A DNA stretch of 64,000 bases. Source: Polyangiaceae bacterium (lineage in GTDB: Bacteria; Myxococcota_A; Polyangia; Polyangiales; Polyangiaceae). The stretch is from positions 64,001 to 128,000 of the forward strand of contig JAPSGB010000008.1 of the NCBI GenBank assembly GCA_035063585.1. The letters run 5' to 3'. Made by a program: the position numbers and the translations under genes. Of the stretch, positions 20,487 through 29,589 are shown piece by piece. Numbering within the stretch: the first letter of the stretch is position 1; every line of letters starts with the position of its first letter. A model generated the notes under the pieces. It saw only the letters and a program-made list of their open reading frames with translations. It did no database searches and was not told the origin of the DNA.

Positions 20487-22255
20487 GTGCGGCGCGAGGG
20501 CCGCTCGCGGCGCTCGCGCTCGCGCTCGGCGTCATGGGCTGCTCGTCGTGCGGCGAGTCGAGCGCGCCGGCGCCTTCGGCCTCCAGCTCGGCCGCGGCTC
20601 TCACGCCCGTGCCTGCGCCCGCGAACCTCCTCGCGGACCTCTACGTGCCGACCCCGCCCTCGACCTGGGGAGCGCTCCGCGCGCTCGTCGGCGGCCCGGT
20701 GATGCTGATGCCGGCCGGGATCCCGCTGCTCTCCACGACGCTCCTTGGGCTCCCGGCGGCGACCGCCGGGCTCCTCGACGAGAGCACGCCGGTGCTCGGC
20801 GCGATCGTCGAGCAGGACGGCGAGCCGCGCATCGTGCTCGGGCTGCACGTGCGCAACGGGCGCGAGGTGATCGCTGCGCTCGCGAGCGGCAGCGACGCGA
20901 AGTATCGCGCGAAGCGGGACGACGCGAGCGGGCTCACCGTGCTCGAGCCGGTTCCGGGGAAGGCTCCTGCCGAGATCCGTCTCGGCGTGGCCGGCAGTTA
21001 CCTGGTCGCCTCGAAAGACGCCGCGGCGCTCGTCGCTGCCGGACCCTACGTCGCGCGCACGCTCTCCGGTCGCCCCATGCCGGCCGGCGGGGGCATCGTG
21101 GTGGTCGCCGATCATCGCGCGCTCGCCGGGCCCATCGCGACCCAGGTGAAGACCGCGTGGAAGCTCTACCGCGAGCACCTCGCCAAGAGCGCCGAAGACG
21201 AACGCGCGAGTCACGGTGGGCGCGCGCCGGACTTTGGCGACCCCGCCGCGGCGCTGCTCGGCGCGGGTGCGGTGGTCGATGATGTCGTGGCGGTGCTCGA
21301 GTCGTCCGATGAGCTTCGCCTGGTCATCGAGCCCGTGAGCGGTCGCCTCGACGCGAGGCTCGAGCTTCGCCCCGGCAAGTCAGGAGCGGCTGCCGATTTC
21401 CTCGCCGGCATGGTTCGAGGTCCGATGGCGCAGCTCGGCCAGCTGCCCTCGGCGGCCGCACTCTCCATCGAGACGCGGACGACGCCCGCGTCCCGCGCCG
21501 ACTCTGCCAAGGCCACCGGCGCCGCGCTCACGCGGTTCTTCGGTGAGCGCCTCGTCGAGACCGATCGGCAGAAGCTGGACGCCGCCCTCGGCGATGTGGC
21601 CCATGGTCGCGGCGATGATTCGGCGCTCGCGCTGATGACGAGCCCGTCCGGTGTCGGCGTCGTGCTCCGCACCAGCACTGCCGACGACGCGGTCTTCGTT
21701 CGAGGGCTGAAATCCGCGCTCGGCCTGCTGTCGGTCCCGGCCTTCGCGGCGCCGGTCGAGCGCTTCGCCGGCAAGGTGACCGTCAAGCACTCTACGACCA
21801 AGGTGAAGGGGGTGGACGGCGCCGTCCAGCGCGCCCAACTCACCCTCAAGCCGCGCGCTCCCGCCCCCGGCGAGGCACCCATCGCGCGGCTCGACGGACC
21901 GACCACGCTCGAGGTGCTGTGGTTTGCGCGCGACGGCGTCGGCTACGGCGCCATCGCCAAGCAGGCGAGCCCGTTCTTCGGCGCGCTCGTGTCCGCCGGC
22001 GCGTCCCCCGACCAGAGCCTCGCCGCGGAGGTTCCCGTCGTGGAGGCCGCGCGGCGGGTAGGAGACGACGCGACGTTCGCGCTCCTGGCCGATCCCGTGA
22101 AGCTCGGCATCGCCTCCGCCCCGGGACATGCGGCGGCCGCGCCGGTGGTCCTCGGCCTAGGGCGCGGCGCAGACCACGCATGGCTGCGGGTCGAGCTTCC
22201 GGAGGTCGCGATCCGCGGCGTCTTGCGCTTCGCGATGGGCGCGGCGTCGCGCTGA
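20487..22255 (+). CDS. Hypothetical (lipo)protein; start ambiguous, possible 1-nt frameshift near 20500
   Basis: Long GC3-biased frame; hydrophobic PLAALALALGVMG-C has no nearby in-frame start; first in-frame ATG is 20534. Confidence 0.6.
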
Positions 22256-22325
22256 GCCGCGCCGCTGGCGAAACGCCCTTCCGTATCTCGGTGATTCAGG
22301 GCACGCTGCCGCGAGGAGGTTCACT

Positions 22326-23882
22326 GTGCACCAACCCTCGCGCATCGTCCGTCACGCGCTGGCCTTCGCGCTGGCGGGGCTCGTCTCGGGGCCGGTGTTG
22401 CTGTCCGGATGCCTCGGTCGCTCCGTCCTGGAGGATGCGAATCTGGCCGATGGCGGTGGCGCCGCGGGGAGCGGTGGCTCGTCCGGCACCGGTGGCGGCC
22501 TCGGTGGCACCGGCGGCGGCCTCGGCGGCACCGGCGGCGGCCTCGGCGGCACCGGCGGCGGCCTCGGCGGCACCGGCGGCGGCGCGTCGCGCTGCCTCGA
22601 CAGCTGCGCCGGCTGCTGCGATCTCGCGGGCGTCTGCCGTCCTGGGGGTGACATTTTCGCCTGCGGCGTCGGCGGCGTCGACTGCCTCGACTGCGGGGCG
22701 CTCGGGTTCGGGTGCACGAGCGGGCAGTGCGTGGGAGAGCCCCCGAAGTGCAGTCCTTCGACGTGTCCCGGCTGCTGTGACGACCAGGGCATGTGCCGGC
22801 CGGGCTCCGAGACGAACGCGTGCGGCGCGAGCGGCGGCGCGTGTGTCGATTGCGGCGGCCAGCAGCAAGGGTGCGTCGCCGGCACGTGTCAGGGTGCGCC
22901 TCCGACCTGCGGTCCGTCGAACTGCGGCGGCTGCTGCGACGCGAACGGGGAGTGCCGAGAAGGGAGCGCAGACGGCACCTGCGGCGCCGGCGGCGTGGCG
23001 TGCTCGAACTGCTCGGCTCAGGGCAGGAAATGCAACCAGCCGGGCAGCTACTGCGCCTTCATTCCGACTTGCGGCTCGGTGACTTGCCCGTCGGGTTGCT
23101 GCGATGCGAAGGGCGCCTGCCGAGATGGGCGGGCCGATCACGCCTGCGGCGCCGGCGGTCAGATCTGCTCGGACTGCTCGGCGTCCAGCCGGAGCTGTGC
23201 GCCGCAGGGGTTCTGTTACCAAGGCAAGCACTGCGGTCCGGACAACTGCGCCGGGTGCTGCACCGCGACCGGCGAGTGCGTCCCGGGGAGCGCGTCGGAG
23301 GCGTGCGGGCAGTATGGAGCGCTCTGCGACAACTGCTCGACCCAGGGGGAAGCCTGCCAGGGTCAGGTCTGCCGAGGCTCGTCGACCTGTCCGATGCCTT
23401 ACGCCGGCTGCAATCCATCGCTCGTGACGACGCCACCGAAGCGCTCGAAGAGCTGCTCGGCGAGCGCGCTCGAGGGCCTCGCGAAGGCGTGCGGCGGCGA
23501 CGGGACCGATCCGGCGTGCGGCGACTACTTCTCGACGCTCCTGTCATCGAGCCCCGCGTGTTACGACTGCGTGCTTCAATTCACGGGTGATCAGGCCTAC
23601 ACGCGGTGCCTCGCGCCGTACCTCGACGCGGCCTGCAATCACGCGCTGAGCTGCGCGGTGGATTGCTCCGGGGCGGTCTGCAGCGCGTGCTCCTCGGCAG
23701 CGAGCCAGAGCGCGTGCGAGGAGGACCTCTACGCAACCGGCGGCGAGTGTCAGCGGTATCTCGGAGGCTACTACTGCGCGCAGGCCGCCATCGACGGCCC
23801 CGCCTCGTTCTGCACGTTCGCCCAGGGCGAAGACGTCGGCGAGTGGTTCCTGCGCGTCGCGACTCGTTACTGCGGCGGCTGA
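22326..23882 (+). CDS. Cys-rich repeat lipoprotein with Gly-rich linker
   Basis: GGAGG RBS, lipobox LLSG-C, (GGLGGTG)4, five ~53-aa repeats with 10 Cys each. Confidence 0.85.
   Translation: MHQPSRIVRHALAFALAGLVSGPVLLSGCLGRSVLEDANLADGGGAAGSGGSSGTGGGLGGTGGGLGGTGGGLGGTGGGLGGTGGGASRCLDSCAGCCDLAGVCRPGGDIFACGVGGVDCLDCGALGFGCTSGQCVGEPPKCSPSTCPGCCDDQGMCRPGSETNACGASGGACVDCGGQQQGCVAGTCQGAPPTCGPSNCGGCCDANGECREGSADGTCGAGGVACSNCSAQGRKCNQPGSYCAFIPTCGSVTCPSGCCDAKGACRDGRADHACGAGGQICSDCSASSRSCAPQGFCYQGKHCGPDNCAGCCTATGECVPGSASEACGQYGALCDNCSTQGEACQGQVCRGSSTCPMPYAGCNPSLVTTPPKRSKSCSASALEGLAKACGGDGTDPACGDYFSTLLSSSPACYDCVLQFTGDQAYTRCLAPYLDAACNHALSCAVDCSGAVCSACSSAASQSACEEDLYATGGECQRYLGGYYCAQAAIDGPASFCTFAQGEDVGEWFLRVATRYCGG
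22485..22581 (+). repeat. 21-bp tandem repeat encoding GTGGGLG units
   Basis: GGCACCGGYGGCGGCCTCGGY repeated about 4.5 times. Confidence 0.9.
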
Positions 23883-23897
23883 GCGGCGAGGCCCGAG

Positions 23898-25022
23898 TTG
23901 GCGCGACGCGGATACGACGACGTCTACCTGGTCACCGGCTTTCCGACCTTTCGCGGGCGGAAGATGGTGGAGCACCTCATTCGGGCCGAGCCCCGCGCGC
24001 TCGTGTACCTCGTCGTGCGCGAGAAGTTCGCCGCCGAGACGGCCGAGGCGCTGTCGCATCTATCCGACGGGGAGCGGGCCCGCGTCGTCGTCATCGAGGG
24101 TGACGCGGCGGCGATGGATCTCGGACTGAGCGGCAAGGAGTACCGAGAGCTGGCCGCGGCGGTGGAGCGTATCCACCACGTGGCGCAGGTCACCTACGTC
24201 GGCGTCGACCGCAAGATGGCCGAGGAGGTGAACATCGGCGCTACGCGAGAGGTCATCGAGCTCGGCAAGACGTGCACGAATCTCCGGAGCATCGTGGTTC
24301 ACTCGAGCGCGCTGGTCAGCGGGAACCGCACCGGGCTGGTGCTCGAGGACGAGCTCGGGGCCGGGCAGAGCTTCCACTCGCCGGTGGAAGAGACCCTGGC
24401 GCGCGCCGAGCGCTTGCTTCGTTCGCAGATGTCGGAGCTCCCCATCGCGGTCGTTCGCCCGACGCAGCTGGTCGGCGACTCACGGACCGGTGAGGTCGAC
24501 CGCTTCGACGGGCCATACTTGATGATCCTGCTCATCGTGAGCTCTCCGCAGGAGTTTCCCTTGCTCCTGCCGGCGCGCGGAGACGCGCCCATGAACCTCG
24601 TCCCGATCGACTACGTCGTGGCCGCCGCCCACCGGATCGGCAAGGCGAATGACGCGATGGGGCGCACGTTTCATCTCGCCGATCCGCGGCCGCTGTCGGT
24701 GCGGCGCGTCTTCGAGCTGGTAGCCCGGGCGGGTGGCAAGCGGCTGAACAGCGCCCACATCCCGGCCAACGTCACCCGGGCGCTGCTCAGCGCGCCCGGG
24801 TTTCATCAACTCTCGAAGAGCCCGCGGGCGTTCCTCGAGGTGATGACCACGCCGGTCCGGTACGACGCGCGCAACACCGAGGCCATCCTGTCTGGCACGT
24901 CGGTGACGTGCCCGCCCTTCGAGTCGTATGTCGAGGAGCTCGTCAGCTTCGTGAAGCGCCGAGTGGCGGAGCGCCGCGAGCGTAGCGAAAGTGAGCTGGA
25001 GGTCGAAGATCCGCTCGCTTGA
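23898..25022 (+). CDS. Extended SDR / NAD_binding_4 (fatty acyl reductase-like) protein, catalytic motif degenerate
   Basis: YLVTGFPTFRG, IEGDAAAMDLGLS, IHHVA, VVRPTQLVGDSRTGE, FDGPY, NLVPIDYV; YxxxK absent. Confidence 0.82.
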   Translation: MARRGYDDVYLVTGFPTFRGRKMVEHLIRAEPRALVYLVVREKFAAETAEALSHLSDGERARVVVIEGDAAAMDLGLSGKEYRELAAAVERIHHVAQVTYVGVDRKMAEEVNIGATREVIELGKTCTNLRSIVVHSSALVSGNRTGLVLEDELGAGQSFHSPVEETLARAERLLRSQMSELPIAVVRPTQLVGDSRTGEVDRFDGPYLMILLIVSSPQEFPLLLPARGDAPMNLVPIDYVVAAAHRIGKANDAMGRTFHLADPRPLSVRRVFELVARAGGKRLNSAHIPANVTRALLSAPGFHQLSKSPRAFLEVMTTPVRYDARNTEAILSGTSVTCPPFESYVEELVSFVKRRVAERRERSESELEVEDPLA

Positions 25023-26352
25023 CGCAGAGCGCGTCGCCGGTGCCCTCGCCGCGCTCTTCGCTGCGGTGGTCGCGGTGACGTGCGCCGCGTCGGGTGAGCT
25101 GGCCTCGAGCGCGCGATCGGCGCCTGCTCCCGCCGCTTCCTCCGCGGAGGTTCCGCGCTCCGCCTCGCCGGCTCGGTCGCTCGGGCTCGGGGCGCCGGCC
25201 TCGAGCGAGAGCCCGGCGCCGTCAGCGGCGTCCTCCGCACCGCCCGCGCCGCCACCCGCTCGAGGGCTCGAGCGGTTCCACGCGGCGCTCGCCGCGCTCG
25301 CCGCCGGCACGCGACGAGAGAGCGTGCGGGTGCTGTGGCTGGGCGACTCCCACACCTACGCGGACTTCTGGACCGACGCGGTCAGGAGACCGCTGCAAGC
25401 GCGCTTCGGTAACGGCGGCCCCGGCTACCTGCTCCTCGGCGTGAAGCCCTATCGTCACGCGGGAGTGACGGTCGTCACGGAGGGGTCGTGGCGCCGCGAG
25501 CCGAGCGCCCCGTCGACCAGCGCTCGAACCAGCGACGGACAGTTCGGCCTCGCCGGCATGCGCGTGACTCCCGCATCCGAGGGTGCGGTCGCTGCCGCTT
25601 CGCCGCTCTCCGGCGCGCTCGGTGGTACCGCTCGCTGGACGCTCTATTTCCGAGCCAAGTCGGCTTCGGACCGGCTGTCGGTTCGGCTCGGCGACCGAGC
25701 GCCCACCACCCTCGACGCTCGCGCCGGCACGGCCGGGCCCTCCGGGACGCCGGTTCGGCGCTTCGAGGTGGAGGGCGAGGCCTCTGCGCGGCTCGAGGTG
25801 CGCGCGGTCTCCGGAGCCCCGGAGTTGTTCGGCGCCGTGCTCGAGAGTACGACCCCTGGCGTCGTGCTCGACACGCTCGGGATCAACGGCGCGCGCGCGT
25901 CCACCCCGCTCGCGTGGGACGAGACGGCGTGGATCGCCGAGGTGCGCGCGCGTCGGCCGGAGCTGGTGGTGCTCGCGTACGGCACCAACGAGGTGGCGGA
26001 GACGCGACCGGTGGAGCGCTATCGCGCCCACTACCAGGCGCTGCTCGGGCGGATCCGACTCGCCGCTCCGGAGGCCGACTGCCTGCTGGCGGGCCCGACC
26101 GACTGGGACGAGCCCAGCGGCACCACTCGACAGCGCGTCATCGACATCGATCGCGTCGAGCGCGAGGTCGCGGCCGAGCTCGGCTGCCGCTACTTCAGCG
26201 TCTACGACGCCATGGGAGGCGAGGGCAGCCACACGCGCTGGGAGCGCGCGTCGCCCGCTCTCGCCGCGCCGGACGGCATTCACCTGATGCCGGCGGGATA
26301 CGCGAAGCTCGGCGAGCTCGTGGCCGACGCGCTCCTCCCCGCCGGGCGCTAG
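24991..26352 (+). CDS. SGNH/GDSL family protein (PatB/Ape-like O-acetyltransferase or esterase)
   Basis: LGDSH, FGNGGPG, GINGAR, YGTNE, DGIH. Confidence 0.85.
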   Translation: MSWRSKIRSLDAERVAGALAALFAAVVAVTCAASGELASSARSAPAPAASSAEVPRSASPARSLGLGAPASSESPAPSAASSAPPAPPPARGLERFHAALAALAAGTRRESVRVLWLGDSHTYADFWTDAVRRPLQARFGNGGPGYLLLGVKPYRHAGVTVVTEGSWRREPSAPSTSARTSDGQFGLAGMRVTPASEGAVAAASPLSGALGGTARWTLYFRAKSASDRLSVRLGDRAPTTLDARAGTAGPSGTPVRRFEVEGEASARLEVRAVSGAPELFGAVLESTTPGVVLDTLGINGARASTPLAWDETAWIAEVRARRPELVVLAYGTNEVAETRPVERYRAHYQALLGRIRLAAPEADCLLAGPTDWDEPSGTTRQRVIDIDRVEREVAAELGCRYFSVYDAMGGEGSHTRWERASPALAAPDGIHLMPAGYAKLGELVADALLPAGR

Positions 26353-26361
26353 CGGGGCGCG

Positions 26362-27897
26362 TTACCTCGCCGACCCCTGCGCCTGGTAGGCGTGCATCAG
26401 CGCGCGATAGAGCCACGTCCCGAGCACCGCCGAGCCGCTGCCCGTCGGGTGGGTGAGGTCGGCCTGGCCGAGCCCGCGCTCCACCCAGGCCGCCATCGAT
26501 CCCGGGCCTCCCATGGCTTGCAAGGTGTCGAAGAACGCGCAACCGGTGGCCGCGGCCGCCTTCCGCTGTTCGGCGACGATGGCGGGGATGACGGCCATGC
26601 TGGTGAGCGAGGTCCCCCGTCGCTCCGCTCGATCCATCGCCGCGACGACCAGGCAGCCGGCGCTCGGGACGGCGCGCTTTCCCTGCTCGAGCACCGCGAC
26701 CATGGTCCGGTAGTAGTCCGCCATCGGGTAGGCGAAGCCGTCGCCGCTCTCATTGGCGCCAAACTCGTAGATGAGGAGGTTCGGGCTTCGCCAGGCGAGC
26801 TGCTCGGCCCAGTGCGCGTCGTCCTGCTTGTCCAGGAAGCGGATGCGCGCACCCTGGATGCCGATGGCGTCGAGCACGACCCCCGGGACGTCGCGCTCCA
26901 TGACCACCCCGAACGCGCGAGACACGCCCTTGGTGGTCACGATTTCGAGGCGGTGCGGGCCGTCGGGGACGCGAACGTCGTAGTAGGCGACCTGCTTCTC
27001 CGGTCCGGAGGTGTCGAGCGTCGCGTAGGGCTTGCCGTCGACGTTGAGCTGCAGGGTCCCGCCTCCCGGCTCGACCAGGTAGTCGATGGTGAAGCGAGAC
27101 ACCGCTCGCCCGAAGCTCCCGCTGTCCGCGGTTCCGAACCGTGCGCGTGAGCCCGGCGGCGCGCGGAACGACACCCCGCCGAGCCCGTAGAACCCGTCTG
27201 GAGCGAGCGGCCCGACCACGCGGCTCACCAGCCAGCCGCTCGACGCGAACCGGTAGACGTCGTTGTGGAAATACGCCGGCCACGCGTTCGCCATCAGCAT
27301 GAAGCCGTGACCGGCGTCGCCGAACTCCGCCTGCAGCTTGCGACGAAGGGTCCCCGAGACGTAGTCGCTCGTGACGATGGAGTCCCCGAAGTGCAGCACC
27401 CGCGTCACCGCTCCCGGCGCCTTCGCGCGGGTGCGATCGAGCGCGGCGAAGAAGCCCGAGAGCGCCCGGCCTCCCGGGTCTGCGATCTCGACCGGCGGGC
27501 GCTCGACGTCGATGGCGGGTAGCTCGGAGCCGCCTCGCTCCCGAGCGATCGGGCCGCGCGCCGCGGTCGGGAGCTCGACCGTCTCGGGTTGCGCGAGCTC
27601 GGGTCGCGTCTGGGTCTCCCCCTCGAGGGTCGCTTCGCCCACCGAGAGCGTCGGCGCGGCGACTCCGCGCGCCTCGGGCGCGGCGGCGGGCCGCTCGCTG
27701 AAGAGCCGAAGCCGCTCGAGACCCGGGGTCAGCTCCGCCGCCGCTGCCAGGGCGAGCAAGGAGGCGACCGCGAGCGCCGGACGCGAGAGGAGCGCCGTGC
27801 GCGGCGTCACTACGACGTCGCCGCGGATCGCGATATGCTCGGGGGCGTCCACCTCGACGGACGCAGGGAGGCGGTCGTTCGGGTCCGGCGCGGCCAC
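26362..27897 (-). CDS. SGNH/GDSL family protein (PatB/Ape-like)
   Basis: FGDSI, FGDAGHG, GIQGAR, FGANE, DLTHP; N-terminal hydrophobic anchor. Confidence 0.85.
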   Translation of the reverse strand: MAAPDPNDRLPASVEVDAPEHIAIRGDVVVTPRTALLSRPALAVASLLALAAAAELTPGLERLRLFSERPAAAPEARGVAAPTLSVGEATLEGETQTRPELAQPETVELPTAARGPIARERGGSELPAIDVERPPVEIADPGGRALSGFFAALDRTRAKAPGAVTRVLHFGDSIVTSDYVSGTLRRKLQAEFGDAGHGFMLMANAWPAYFHNDVYRFASSGWLVSRVVGPLAPDGFYGLGGVSFRAPPGSRARFGTADSGSFGRAVSRFTIDYLVEPGGGTLQLNVDGKPYATLDTSGPEKQVAYYDVRVPDGPHRLEIVTTKGVSRAFGVVMERDVPGVVLDAIGIQGARIRFLDKQDDAHWAEQLAWRSPNLLIYEFGANESGDGFAYPMADYYRTMVAVLEQGKRAVPSAGCLVVAAMDRAERRGTSLTSMAVIPAIVAEQRKAAAATGCAFFDTLQAMGGPGSMAAWVERGLGQADLTHPTGSGSAVLGTWLYRALMHAYQAQGSAR

Positions 27898-27906
27898 GAG
27901 AGGCTT

Positions 27907-29460
27907 CTAGTACGCGCAGGACATATCGCCCGTCTGGCGGCACAGCGCGCGGAGCAGGCGCTTTTCCTGGTCGGTGGCGGTGCCGTGGGCGACCTTGGCC
28001 TTCAGCGCGTTCTTCGAGGCGATCTGCGCCGCCCGGTCGCCGCTCGTGGCCTGGTCCTTCACGTTCGAGCCGCTCGTGTTCGCCGGCGACGGCGCCGGTG
28101 CCGGCTTGGCCACCCCGGGCTTCGCGCCGGCGGACGGCGCGTCGAACGGGTTGGTTCGGACCAGGCCCCCGCTGGACGCCGCGATGGGCTTCGGGCGGTC
28201 ATCGGGCTTCAGGACGCGCTCCGGAGCGCTCGGTAGCTCGGTGACCTCCACTCCGCCCGCCAGGCCGTCGAGCGCCTCCATCTCGGTGGACGCGCGCTTC
28301 CTCCGCACCGAGTCGACGGTGGTGGCCTTGGCGATCCGATCGAGGAGCGCGCGCTTCGCCGAGACGTCCGTCTCGGTATCGGCCTGCGCGAGCACGCTGT
28401 CTGCCCATCGCGCCTCGATCGCCTTGAAGTCTGCCGATTGACGCGCGTTGCTCTCGGCTGGGATCTGGCTGAGGACGAGCTGATGCGCGGCCTCGAAATC
28501 GCCCGCCTGAAGGAGCGCCTTGGCCCGCTCGAGGATGGCGGCGGAGGGATCGGCCGCGGCGCTCTGGGTGGAAGCGGCCGAGCTCGGCGGGGTTCTGCCG
28601 CCCGCGAAGGTGACCATCCCCAAGACGACCAAGAGCCCGAGCACCGCCACGCCGCCGATCACCTTGATGCTCGAGGGTATCCCGGAGCCGGCGGCCCGGG
28701 TCTCGATGCCGGCGAGCGAAATCACCGAGTCTCCCGGACCGAAGCCGTAAGCGCCCAGTTGCTGGCTCTCGTCGGCTCCAGGCAAGTACACTTGACCCGC
28801 CGGGATGAACTTGAACACGACGTCACCGAGCTCGATCGTGTCGCGCGCGTCGATGATGGTGCGTTTCAGCTCGACCCCGTTGACGCGCACGCCGTTCGCG
28901 CTCTCGCAGTCGAAGAGCTCGTAGCGGCCGTCACCGAGCGCGCGCACCTCGGCGTGAACACGGCTCACTGAGCCGTGGTTGACCGAGATGTCGCACTCCT
29001 CCCCGCGCCCGATGACGGCGCGCTCGCGCGCGAGCGGGTACTCCGCGCCGGGGTTCGGCCCGATGAGCACGACCAAGCGATCGGGCTGCCCGAGCAGGAC
29101 CTGGCTCCGCGGCATCGACGGCGCGGAGTCGTTCGCCTCGCCGGTCGTCGCGCCTTCGGCCGTGCGCGCCTCATCGGTGACCTCGAGGCGGTAGTCTCCC
29201 AACTGGATGAGGTCGCCGTGCGTGATCGGCTGAGGGTCTCCGACGCGCGCTCCGTTGTGGTAGCAGCCGTTATAGCTACTGAGATCCTCGAGCAGCCATT
29301 GGCCGCCGTCGCCACGGTAGAGCCGCGCGTGCTGCCGGGAGATGTTCCGCTCGGTGAGGCGGACGGAGTTCTGCTCGGCGCGCCCGATGGCGTACTCGTC
29401 GCGCACGAGGCTGACGACCGTCTTGTTGCTCTGGTCGTCCTCGATGCTGAGCTTCCACAT
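27907..29460 (-). CDS. Double-FHA domain membrane protein
   Basis: IGRAEQN..ISRQHA..SSYNG and IGRGEEC..VSRVHA..SANG; TM IGGVAVLGLLVVLGMV. Confidence 0.88.
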   Translation of the reverse strand: MWKLSIEDDQSNKTVVSLVRDEYAIGRAEQNSVRLTERNISRQHARLYRGDGGQWLLEDLSSYNGCYHNGARVGDPQPITHGDLIQLGDYRLEVTDEARTAEGATTGEANDSAPSMPRSQVLLGQPDRLVVLIGPNPGAEYPLARERAVIGRGEECDISVNHGSVSRVHAEVRALGDGRYELFDCESANGVRVNGVELKRTIIDARDTIELGDVVFKFIPAGQVYLPGADESQQLGAYGFGPGDSVISLAGIETRAAGSGIPSSIKVIGGVAVLGLLVVLGMVTFAGGRTPPSSAASTQSAAADPSAAILERAKALLQAGDFEAAHQLVLSQIPAESNARQSADFKAIEARWADSVLAQADTETDVSAKRALLDRIAKATTVDSVRRKRASTEMEALDGLAGGVEVTELPSAPERVLKPDDRPKPIAASSGGLVRTNPFDAPSAGAKPGVAKPAPAPSPANTSGSNVKDQATSGDRAAQIASKNALKAKVAHGTATDQEKRLLRALCRQTGDMSCAY

Positions 29461-29589
29461 CGCCGCGCTCGATCCTGCTCGTGAATTCCCCGGCGCGCCA
29501 ACGGCTCGCGCGGGCGCCCGGAATCTCCAAGGTGAGTTCTCGGTGACTTATACCCGATGACGGCGGCTCGGGCGTGCCGTTACGCCATC

